Shown here piece by piece: positions 1-10,577 of a stretch of DNA of 64,000 nt (positions within the stretch are counted from its first letter, which is position 1; each line of letters begins with the position of its first letter). Source of the DNA: Neoechinorhynchus agilis (lineage: Eukaryota; Animalia; Acanthocephala); contig CM121341.1 in NCBI GenBank assembly GCA_051530055.1, forward strand, positions 3,944,761 to 4,008,760, given 5' to 3'. The notes under the pieces were generated by a model, which was not told where the DNA came from, ran no database searches, and saw only the letters and a list, made by a program, of their open reading frames with translations. Position numbers and translations under genes: made by a program.

Positions 1-155
1 CCCGCGGTAAATGATTATTTCGATTAAAAACGTGCGTCGAACCTCGTCAGGTTCATTACTAACAAACAAACTGATGATGAACCCAACGAGGTTCAAATAA
101 CGTCTTTAATAACTATAATCATTTACCACGGGTGAAGACTTCTAAACAATAATTC
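1..155. mobile_element. PLE pLTR-derived hairpin element (cut by window edge), degenerate hammerhead motif
   Basis: Inverted arms (ggtaaatgattat...attaaa / tttaat...ataatcatttacc). Plus arm reads CTGATGA-T-GAACC-caacga-GGTTC-aaataacGTC-ttt, homologous to the PLE terminus at 22550-22712. Confidence 0.75.
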
Positions 156-812
156 TCTATTCATATTGCCCGGTGCATTTTGTGGTATAAGAATGTTTCA
201 AGTATTGTCGCGATCTAAACACTGAAAATAATACGAAGTCGGGCATTCACAAGTTTAACAAGCGTTTTTGTATACTTGTTTTAATGAGTCGTAGATTCAA
301 CTTTGTCCAAATCAGTCGTTTATTTTGATAATTCAATCTTCTTAGGCTTAAAAACATTGATAGTTGACGTGGCCTTGAAAATTCTATATAATTGATATAC
401 TCAAGTCTGAACAAATTATATGCAATCGATTTGGAAACTAGGATTCATGTGTAGTTTGATCATTACAGACTAAGATACTTGTTTAAAAAGTTGATTAAAA
501 TAAAAATAATGGTAAACTACAGTTAAAAATAGAAAATATACTTAGCGATTTACGCAAAGATGAAAATTCACCGATTTACTTTCATATTTGAAACATTATC
601 CTTTGCCGAGTCTCGATTTTTCATTTAATCTTTATCTAATGAGGGCTTTGTTATAAAATAAATTGAATATTAATTAAATGTCAGAGTAAAAGAGTTTAAT
701 GAATGGATAGTTGTGATACTCAAATGTGTGACATTAATAAAATATGTTATTTGATAAAAAAAAGATTGAAAATTCGATATTTTTTAGCTGACCTCTAACG
801 AATTCGTCCCAG

Positions 813-1095
813 ACTAAGATGAGATTGAAGAAGCTGATGAAAGAAGATGATAGGGTGAGTAATTTGAAAATATTGAACTGTACAAGAGTACTCGGCTTAA
901 ACTTCCCGGCCTCAAAAAGGCGAGTATTGCTAAACTCTTTACTCGGCTCAACCTTTAGAAAGCTGACGATGGTACCTGTGATGAAGATGCTAACGGCAGG
1001 GTCACTATGTTTTTTTTGGTAGAGGCCGTCCACCGGAGCCCAGAGTGGATTTCGCCAAATGGTTCATTCGAAAGTACCAGAATATCCTATCTTGA
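813..1095 (+). CDS. Possible 3' exons of an unidentified spliced gene convergent with Cdx
   Basis: cccag|813-854|gtgagt gives a 42-nt exon (TKMRLKKLMKEDDR). A downstream frame ends GRPPEPRVDFAKWFIRKYQNILS* (TGA 1093-1095). No recognisable family; splicing between the pieces is unresolved. Confidence 0.25.
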
Positions 1096-1446
1096 TTTGA
1101 TGAAAATTTACATACTAAAAATATAGACATATCCTGTACCAATCTCTTCAGACCTCGATGCTTGTCAGCAGATCCAGATTTGCAAAATTTTGAAGGAAAT
1201 GCAGCGAGCAAACTAAGCCATACTATGTCGGGCATTGGGAAACTAGCAATTTGTTCAAGCGTATAAAAGATTGAACTTCGTTATTGTTTTCCCTAATTTT
1301 TATTATTGGGCCACTAAGTGTGCCGGTTAGTTAACCAATCTTTTGTTATTTTATTGCTAGTTTTTCATGCCAAGGATCGACTAAGGCCAACGGACATAAA
1401 TAAATAGCTAAACTGATGCACCTATTAGTCCACACCAAGAAAGGTA

Positions 1447-2346
1447 CAGTCGATTCCGCTTAATTGGGACACATCGGGACCGAGGCTTTTTGTCCCAAAT
1501 AAGCGGCTGTCCCGATTAAGCGAAGTTCACTTTTAAAGAAATTAATTTGATTGGTTTTGGGAAACACACAAAATTAAACAATGCATATTTTTCAATAATT
1601 TTATTTTGGTACATAATATATATTATGAATATGTATTATAAATCCAAAAAAAAATCCTTAATAAAATAATTGGTAGATACATACTAATTCAATGGAAAAA
1701 TGAGTCAAGTGTAGTCTGTCTTTTGTTTTTGTGGCAGTTGGCCCTGAATGTCCTTCTTGTAATTCGAATTCCTTACGCAGTTGACTTTCTTGTCGTAAGA
1801 CACGCGATATAGTAGATTTTGGTACACCAGTTATCTCAGCGAGCTGACGATGGCTTTTTATTTTATCAAGCAAGGCAATTTTATTGGTAAGTGACAAATC
1901 GTTCCTTGGCATTTTAGAAAGGGTAATTTTTTTTAAAAATACAATTGACAAAAAATAGCTTCACGCGTTGTTCACGCGGGAGGTGATTGGCAATCGAATG
2001 ACCGCTGCACCGGCTCGGATGTAAGAAATTACAAATGTGGATATGAGGCCGCCACGGCTTTATAAAACGCGGGAGTCTGGTTCAGAAAGGAGCCGTCTTT
2101 CTGGCTTTCCCGGGATTAGGAGGGGGTTGGTTTGTTTTTCCGCTGCAGCGGCTCGGTTAAACCAAAACTCAGTAAAAACAAAATCAATTAATAGATACTC
2201 TACTGTACTAAAATCTTAAATTTACTGTCCCAACTAAATATACAAATTTACTATTGGTTTCTTGGTTTGGTTTCCGTTCTTTGAGATTTGTCCCAATTAA
2301 GCGGATGTCCCGATTAAGCGGTGTCCCAATTAAGCGGAATCCACTG
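1447..2346 (-). mobile_element. Tigger/pogo-family DNA transposon, internal-deletion derivative (900 bp)
   Basis: 26-bp TIRs CAGT(C/G)GATTCCGCTTAATTGGGACAC with 1 mismatch, TA TSDs at 1445-46 and 2347-48, subterminal gtcccRattaagcg repeats. Minus ORF from ATG 1912 encodes a CENP-B-type HTH (LSLTNKIALLDKIKSHRQLAEITGVPKSTISRVLR). Confidence 0.92.
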
Positions 2347-2577
2347 TATTTGCAAAATTTCAAAGTTTCTTAGAAGCGTCAGAAAAGTACTCGGCTTGAC
2401 TCAAATTTTTTAAGTTAAAAGCAATTAATCGTTTTACTGAACCATCACATACTAAAAATTAAATGTAGATTTTTTAACCTATAATATTCATTTTCGTTCT
2501 TGATTTGTATATTTATCCTGAAAAAACTGATTCTTTTATTTTTACAAAGTAAAATGACGAAGTGAAATTTGTATCAG

Positions 2578-3765
2578 TCAAACGGCATCAGCAGCTTCTT
2601 TTGATCGTTTTATGAGTCTTCTATTTTTTGCCCTGCGGTTCTGAAACCAAATTTTGATTTGTCTCTGAGTTAAATTTAGTTGATAAGAAAGTTCCGCTTT
2701 TCGTTCCGCTGTGATGTAATCGTTTCTCACGAATTCCGCTTCGAGAGCATGTTTTACCAAATCATCGTAAGGAGTGCGGTACCGACCATTTGTTCGGACT
2801 CGATCTAAACAATCGATAAAGATCGTTAGCTAATGTTTCAATAGGAGAAAAAGGTTTTAGATTTCTTTCTAATGGTCAAGTATGATCGGGGTGTGGCATA
2901 CGGAATGGTAAGCAAATACCTAAATGCGCATTCCATATGTCATCCATCAACTCCACTTCAAGCTTCAATTTCACGCTGAGCAATAAAATGGGTGGGCGTG
3001 GTAATTTTAAAAATTTTATCCAATTGATCCATGGATACCAATTGGGTGAATCAATTATGAAGGAGAATTTTAATCAGATGATGGAAATGCATTTGATGCA
3101 TCTTAAATAATTTCTCAGCTTACCATTTTTGCTATTTGAAGAAACATTTATTGGTGCGTTTTGAATTTTAATTTGTTTTGGTTGACGCTGGTAGTCAAAT
3201 GAACTTGGCTGCGTGGGATATTCCCTTTTGCGATTAATAACTGGTAAATTGGAATTTGTCCCGAATTGGTAGCCTAAATGAGAATGAAGGGAAACTTTAA
3301 AAATAGGAAATTAAATAAAATCCATCTGGAACCAAATAGCCAAATTCCCACACTTTTATTCACCACGCCCACAACCACTTTTCAGAATGCACGCTGCGTG
3401 GATCACTTTTTAGGAAATAGCTTTCAGTTCACTTAACGATTGAAACGTTAAAAAGAATTTTCAAGCTTACCTTCGTGTAAAGCAGGCGTTTCCATATGAT
3501 TCTGCGCGTAATTGTAGCCTGGATGTTGTGTATAATGAGCTTGCGCAATATCTTGTCCGTTGTAATAGCCATTATGAAAATCGGAATATTGATTTTGATA
3601 ATACCAAGTTTGGTCCTCATGCGTCCAATGAGTTAAATTATTCGCATCGAAAGTTTGATGCGACTCGGTTGCGTGATTCATAAAATTATTGATCCGATTT
3701 TCTGTCCCATATGTACTTTGTTGGGCAAATTGCTCTTGAAACTCGTTCTGGTGGTAAGGATCCAT
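2578..3765 (-). CDS. cdx: Caudal/Cdx-type homeodomain protein, 2 exons (3765-3471, 2804-2578), 173 aa
   Basis: Phase-1 donor GAAG|gtaagc joins tttag|AT in frame (522 nt). Gives [12 protein letters not shown]...[50 protein letters not shown] and NRRAK.R match Cdx, and the intron sits just before the homeodomain N-terminal arm as in Cdx genes. Confidence 0.82.
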
Positions 3766-3877
3766 TTTAGTGCCAAATTGCAACGATGCAAATCGTGGAT
3801 GTTAGATTTCTAGAACTATAGAGATTCTGGTCTATGTTTGTAGTGCTGTAAAACCTCTAAGAGCAATTAGGATACAA

Positions 3878-3904
3878 TGTAAACACGCCTTTGATTCTGA
3901 TTGG
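3878..3904 (-). promoter_or_regulatory. Candidate Cdx proximal promoter motif cluster (forkhead, TCF/LEF, CCAAT)
   Basis: TGTAAACA 3878-3885, CCTTTGAT 3888-3895 and ATTGG 3900-3904, all within 27 bp, about 115-140 bp upstream of the ATG. Confidence 0.4.
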
Positions 3905-4834
3905 CTGCAGGTTATATTGAATTTTGAGGTTAGAATATAACGGATTTCCGTGATCATTGTGGCAATAAAAAAAATTAAGAATGGAAGGCGAGAGAGATAA
4001 TAATGCCCACATATATCGATGCGAAAAGCTGTTCATTTAGCACTACTTAGATTTTCTTAATAAAAGTAAGGATTTACCACATAAGTGTGACATTAAGGCT
4101 TGGTCAATTGAGAGCCGGAATCAGCGATACCAATGTTATCTTTAATCTTCATTGAGAGTACTTATTGATTTTTCACATAATTTTTTCATCAGCAAATTGG
4201 TGCAATTTTTCTTGCGTACGTTTAAATATTTAGGTAATTTTCGAATGAATTTCTTTATATAAATTTCAGGGGTTTGAATTCAGCAATTGCTAAAGTTTAT
4301 GACTTTATTATTCTTAGACGCAATTGATTTAAAAGCATTTTATTTGCGTCCGTCTATGCTCTTAGCATTGATCGTCGTATCCGCCAATAATACAATCGGA
4401 CCAAGATGTCGAAAGCACTTTTAGCGGTGCCGAATACAACCCTCCTGAGTATTACAGACCCACATTGTCTTTTCTTTAGCTTCATTACGCCGTGACTTAC
4501 TTCCCGTTACTGGTTGTAAAATTTACGACCTAAGAAGATTGAATATTGAATTGATTTTTGCGGGAAACAAGCGGCCAATTCATATTTTATCTGATCAACG
4601 AAATAAGGCTAAGAGGCGGTGTTTTAAAAATATTTACGACCTGCATTTAAATTATTTCTAATACTTCACCTACAAATATGTAATTATATCTTTCCTTATT
4701 AAATGACGGAGTTGGTAAAAATAGAATAAATGTTTTCGAAAACCCGTCGTAAAGGAGGCATAATCTTAATTAATTTTTTTTATAGTTGCATTATCTAAAG
4801 AGGGTCTAACTGGACTTTGATTCGCCAAGTGAAA

Positions 4835-5004
4835 AATGTCGGTATGTTTAGAAGTACCGGGCACTATTTTGGTCTTCACTCAGTAAATAATTTTTTATAA
4901 AAGACGCTCCGGACATCGTCTGGTTGAGAACTGATGATAAACCCGACGGGGATCGATAAGTCTTTAATAAAAAAATTATTTACTGGATTAAAACCTAAAT
5001 AATA
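4835..5004. mobile_element. PLE pLTR-derived hairpin element, degenerate
   Basis: Arms cagtaaataatttttt / aaaaaattatttactg. Plus arm reads gaaCTGATGA-T-aaacccgacggggatc-gata-aGTC-ttt. Confidence 0.7.
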
Positions 5005-6757
5005 CTTCTAAGTAAATAAAAAAGGTGTAGGTAGTGGAACATCTGATAAAACAGCGCTTAAATTTCAATTTATTGTAAGATAAATTGCCCCCGTAGTTCG
5101 CATCAATCGATAAAAAATACTCTGTTAGAGATATAAATTTTTGGAGAGTGTGTAGCGCTTTTCTACTCTTTTAAAACTTTATTGAGCTGTAACTGAGAAT
5201 TCGCCAAAGTCAAAATAATCAAGTGATTGAAAACGCCTTGCTTATTATGCACTCGAATTTATGTTCAGCTTGCAATTCATTAAGTTCTTTCTAAATGCAA
5301 TTCGGCACCATTTCATGCATCCTTTATGTAAAGATTATTCAGGCAGGTTATTCGGCGAGTATTATCATCGTTTTTAATGCAATTTTAAATAAAGAAATAT
5401 TTAATTCACAAAAATAGGGTTTAAGGCGAGTATAAGTAAAACTGTATCAATATTGCATGTGAGCTATGTTGCTTAGATTGTTGTAAGGAAATTTTTCATA
5501 TATATGTATTTTTTAGTGATGCGAAGAATAGATATTGATTTATTAATTCCCAATATTTCGCTGTCTCGTCGAACTTCTTCAGGTCTAAAAGGTAGTCTGT
5601 AATCCGCCTTTGTTAAACTTGAGTGTTGCTTTAAAAAGGAATCCGCCGGGCTCTTAAATTTAAATAAAAAATCCTACATTTAGCCAAATTTATACCTATT
5701 TTAGTAAATAAATCTTACATTCGCTGGAAAATTCTTTTCTTATCTAGCCGGTATGTTATACTAAAATCGCATTTACTGTAAAAACTGATTTGTTGAATTC
5801 ACTTTTACTTTAAAATGCATACAGTTGGACATCTCAAATAGCAATCATAATAGCACTTTCAACAGAAATAGATGTATTCATGGAAATATAATTCTATAAA
5901 ATTATTTAATTGAAATTCGTTATGAATCTCATGTATTCGCATCATCTAATTCTTTTGTCGATGGATGATCAACTATTATGCCTTTTAATCTGCCGCAATT
6001 TAGTTATTTAAAATGCGAATTCTTTAAAATTCATGCAGCCCTCGCGTTTCTCTTTAACTTTTGCCAATGACGCGACGAAGTTTGATTATGATAGTCATTT
6101 CAGTCAATAAATTGAGAGAAGCAAAATTTATTGGAAACCAGCAATCGTAGTGGAGTAAAGAAGTTTACCTGGGACGACGATTTTATTCCCGAATGATGCA
6201 TGGCGCCGGGTGAAATCGACGAAAATGAAATGGAGCTTTGAGTGTATTGACTTTAAAGTTCTTTGACTGCCTTACGAGAGAACCTCGTTTTTTATGATTG
6301 GAGATGACTTAAAAAATCTGTGAGACTGCAACTTAAATATAGTTGTTTCTTCTTTCTAGTAAATAGTATAAAGTATTTTACGACATTGAGAATACAGAAT
6401 TCGAAGTTGTGCAAATGTTTACTTCAAATTTCTTTCTTTTGGAAATAATATTAAAGTAAAAGATTGTAAAATTTACAGCCTATGAAAATCACGAATTAAG
6501 TTAATTTCACGGATAAATGAACGAGCCCTTAAAACATTCGTCCAATCGGACAATGCTGTTTTGTTGGATTGCATTCTTACTGAAAATTCAACCAATAACA
6601 TTCTAGGATAAAAGAAGAGTTTTCGTCATTATCAAAGTTAAAAATAGTGAAAGGTCAAGATAATTTGATTTGCTAACAATCGATAAAAATAATGAAATTT
6701 TAAATTGTATGCGTGTTCCTCGATTGCTTTACGGAATATTAAAAACAAGGATGTAAT

Positions 6758-6958
6758 GTGTCAATATGTGAGGTACCGGGGAATGTGATTGGAATTATTG
6801 TTAAGGTCTTCACTCGGTAAATGATTATTTATTAAACTCGTTCGTCGAACCTCGTCGGGTTCATCTACTTGTATTTTAGAACTGATTATGAATCCGACGA
6901 GGTTCGAAAAGTCTTTAATAAATAATCAATTATCGCGTGTAGACATAAACAATAATTC
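6758..6958. mobile_element. PLE pLTR-derived hairpin retroposon with 12-bp TSD
   Basis: caaggatgtaat at 6746-6757 and 6959-6970. Arms ggaattattg.../...caataattcc. Centre tacttgtattttagaactgattatgaatccgacgaggttcgaaaagtc matches the PLE terminus at 22625-22680. Confidence 0.85.
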
Positions 6959-7254
6959 CAAGGATGTAATAATATGGTCAAAACACTTTAATCCAAATCC
7001 CTTGTGAAATTCCGTTTATTTGTCACATAGAAGGCGATTAACGAAGAATTATCGAACAATTTTTTTATTTTTTTTACAAATTTTTGCCCTTCCACACTCA
7101 CGCAGTGTTCAATTGATTGAAATTCCCATTGCTTTTTTCACGGAATATTTCGATCGTCACAGTTAATCAGTTCAATAGTTGGACGTATCATCGTCGATAC
7201 GCCGATTTGCAGGAAAAAATTCTGTAAACGTATTACAGAGAAAACCGGGCTGCA

Positions 7255-8990
7255 ACTTCGCCAGTCCAACTGGGTTGCTGCACATCCTGCGAGGCGGAAG
7301 CTATTGTCAACGCGCTCCGAAACTTTACAACGAAGAGTTCAGAGCCGTTCGTGATTCTTAAGTGTGATTTTCAGAATGCCCTTAACTCTCTCAATAGAGA
7401 AATCATGTTTTGCGCAATTGTGGATCACGCACCAGAAGCCTTCCAGTATTTTCTCAATGCCTACGGGACGGCGACTCCTTTGCTTTTCGAAGACCACCTC
7501 ATTTGGTCCGAAATAGAAGTGCAGCAAGGAGATCCCCTCGGTCCAATCGCATTCTCCCTAACAGTAAATCCAATAGCGTACTCTCTCCATTCCAGCTTCA
7601 ATGCTTGGTACTTGGATGATGCTACGCTGGGAGGTGATCAGTCCGTTGTACTGCGAGAATGGGCATTGAGCTTAATGCTGTTAATGGATGGGTTCGAGGC
7701 CGCAGCTCCAGGTCTGAAACTCGTGACTCGGGAACAACTCAGCCTCCTGGGCAGTTGCGTCTTCGATTCAAATGTGGAAGATGAGATCCGTCATATCGTA
7801 CCGAAACTTTCGTTGCTGTGCGATAAGGTGGGCGCTCTCTCGGCTCATGAAGCCTTGTTTCTCATAAAGAACGCGCTCTTCATCCCCAAATTATTGTACA
7901 AGGTTCGCACAGCAACATTCTTCAAACATAAGGAAGGATTGGCTAAGCTCGACGACCAGGTGAGTTCTTGTCTCGAGCGTATTTTAAATGTCCAGCTCTC
8001 AGATGAGGCGTGGCGACAAGCTTCTTTGCCTGTGTCATCTGGGGGATTGGGCATTGGGGCGATAGTAAACCTTGCCTTGCCAGCCTTTCTTGGATTGTAT
8101 GAGGACAGCAGACAGGCGCTAACTATGTTCCCGTGAATGTGCTCAGACAGTCGATCTCGGACAGACCTCTCGTCGCGAGAGCTCACAGCTCTCTGCTTTC
8201 AGGTTCTCGCGATGGGGTCGTCCGAGCTAGAATGTTGGCAGTTTCGACACGAGAATTAGGGCGTGGTTGGAGGCTGTTCCTCTGGCATCTGTGGGAACTC
8301 TTCTCACTGATGAGGTAACGAGGATCGCAGTGTCCTTAAGACATGGTCTCCCGATATGCACGCCTCATCGCTGTCGATGTCGGTCTTTGGTTGATGATTT
8401 CGGGCGACACGGTCTCGTTTGCCGAAAGTCAGAAGGAAGGTTCTCACGCCATTCTGAAATCAATAACGTAATTTCTCGGACGTTGAGAACGGCGAACTTC
8501 CCGAACATCCTGGAACCCGCCCACCTCTGTAGACTAGACGGCAGTAGGCCAGATGGAATTTCGGTCTTCCCGTGGCGGGAGGGCAAATGCCTTCCCTGGG
8601 ACGCCACGTGTGTGGATACCCTCGCAGCCAGCAACATCCCCTACTCCCTCGAAATCGCCGGTGGTGCCGCCAGTTCAGCGGAAGGGAGGAAGGTACGAAA
8701 ATATATTGATTTAGCAAGGGGCCACTATTTTGTCCCCTTCAGAGTAGAGACGCATCGAACGCTTGGCAGCTCGGCACTCTCTCTGCTCCAGGATCTCTCG
8801 AAGAAATTGAGAGAGGCAACCGGAGACTCAAGAGCAGGCGTATTCGTTCGACAAAATATCTCGCTCGCAGTACAACGAGGCAATGCTGCTAGCGTGATAG
8901 CGACAGCCGAGGAAGGAGAGAACGCAAGATTTTGCGGACGGTGGTGATTGCACGTTTTGTACTTTATTATTTTAAAACTTGTTGTATTAT
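7255..8990 (+). mobile_element. CRE-clade non-LTR retrotransposon (RT + restriction-like endonuclease), 5'-truncated, frameshifted
   Basis: RT motifs DFQNALNS, VQQGDPLGP, WYLDD. C-terminal CCHC (CRCRSLVDDFGRHGLVC), RHSEIN, RPDG..PW..GK.L.WD, and ISLAVQRGNA. Confidence 0.9.
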
Positions 8991-9189
8991 AAAAATTTGA
9001 AAAAATTGTACATTTTATATATCGCATACAAAACAATATTATTTTTATTAATTACGGGACTGTTTTTGTTTGTTTATTATAATCTTTGTGAGGCGAGTCT
9101 CATTTTTGAAAGCGACAAGCGTAAGTTATCAATCGCCTAAAATCTACACGTAGTACTAAGATTAAGTTTAAAGTTCGCTTTATTCCCTT

Positions 9190-9700
9190 TAACTGTTTCA
9201 ACCTGGCCAATGAATATGGCCGTCATTATCACACGATCCCATTTGGATTCACTTCGGGCCAAAATGGTGGCATGATGTCCAGTAATTGGCGTTGTTATGT
9301 AAATTGTCTCAGAACATATTTATATTCTTTTTCTCCTTTCCAAATTATTTGTTTTATCCTAAATAGCATTTACAACATTCGGTGCAGAGGTCCTGTTTCT
9401 AAACCATGGAGCTTACGCAGCTCATTTAATCAGATTGTCAGTTTTGACTCCTGGCGCACTTTTGCTTCCATAGAAGAGCCGGCAGTTAGCTCTTCTTATC
9501 ACATAGATTGGATAACCTTTTTCTTTGAGCATTTTCCTAAGAAAACTTTAACTCATTATTGAGAGAATCTTGGTTTTAGCAATAGTTGTAGGCACGATCA
9601 AACAGCGATTTAATCCTGGCCATTTTATACTTAATTGGTGCCATTGTGATGACTATAATGGTAAATCGCTGACGAGGAAGGCCGTTGAAACGATGGGTGG
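9190..9700 (-). mobile_element. Highly decayed Penelope-like remnant (thumb + GIY-YIG traces)
   Basis: Minus frames give APIKYKMARIKSLFDRAYNYC, NNELKFLRKMLKEKGYP and TNNLERR...TGH..TILAR, resembling the PLE at 46058-47165. Confidence 0.5.
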
Positions 9701-10052
9701 ATTCCTGAAAACAGGATAAATTGGTTGTCGAGGGAATCGCAACCTCGAGAGAGAGAAAAATGCGTGAGAAGAGAAAGTACCATTGTGATGAATGAGGGGC
9801 AATGTCCGTCGGTATACTAATCTTTCTGCATACACAATGGTTGCGAACTCTGCTTCTTGTCGAGTTATGAAAACGCCCCGAAAAAAGCCGAAAAAGGCTC
9901 GCCAAATGAATCGATATATTGTTTTGGGGCAACGTACAATACATATCTTCGGGAAAACATTAGTGTTATTGTTTTGGGACCTATTTTTGGTATAAAACGA
10001 GAGAGAGCGTACCTCGTTGGATATATCGGATCAAGCCGAATAAATCATCGTT

Positions 10053-10487
10053 ATGGATTCGACTAAGGAGAAAAAGAAGCCTCAGTGTTACGGAAATGAG
10101 GGAACTTTAGATGAAGTAATGAGGTGCCTTAAAGAGATCAATATCCAGGTACTACTTACTAAACGCGATCATCGTCGCAATTTCTATGCTCTTCATTATG
10201 CTCTTAAAGAGTGGCGCGGCTATCCATTGCCATATATGCGCCATGCCACTCTTTATTGCGACACTCGAGAATGTCAGAAGTTCATTGACTACTTTAAATT
10301 GGACGTAGATTTTCGGACAGATGAAGCCATCATTATCACGATCATGTCAAATCGTTCATGGGGAAAGTCGGATGAATGGTATACACTAAAACGAATAGAT
10401 GATAAATTCGAATGCATAAAAATTGGACACAGAGTACGTGTCAAACGTCAAGAAGAGATAGACTTAAACCGCGATCCAGACGGTTAA
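10053..10487 (+). CDS. Hypothetical protein, 144 aa, single ORF
   Basis: ATG-initiated open frame with globular composition, ending 90 bp from the convergent nuclease stop. No motif recognised. Confidence 0.45.
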   Translation: MDSTKEKKKPQCYGNEGTLDEVMRCLKEINIQVLLTKRDHRRNFYALHYALKEWRGYPLPYMRHATLYCDTRECQKFIDYFKLDVDFRTDEAIIITIMSNRSWGKSDEWYTLKRIDDKFECIKIGHRVRVKRQEEIDLNRDPDG

Positions 10488-10577
10488 TTTGATAAAAACA
10501 TTAATGCTAAAATAAAGATTCGTTAATGCTTTTAATAGTCGTCATACACACACACTTTTTTACTTTATTGCTATCTT

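Noticed and set aside
1-155. Reading the palindromic repeats as DNA-transposon MITEs
   Set aside because: The arms match a PLE terminus, are asymmetric, and two copies have 12-14 bp TSDs rather than the short TSDs of TIR superfamilies.
734-1235. Minus-strand ORFs 734-1033 and 1005-1235 and similar 60-100-aa ORFs throughout
   Set aside because: No motifs, often non-ATG starts, and most overlap TEs or real genes on another frame or strand.
2986-3382. Inverted gtgggcgtggt / accacgcccac motifs in the Cdx intron
   Set aside because: Only about 11-bp identity; cannot distinguish MITE ends, KLF/Sp sites or chance.
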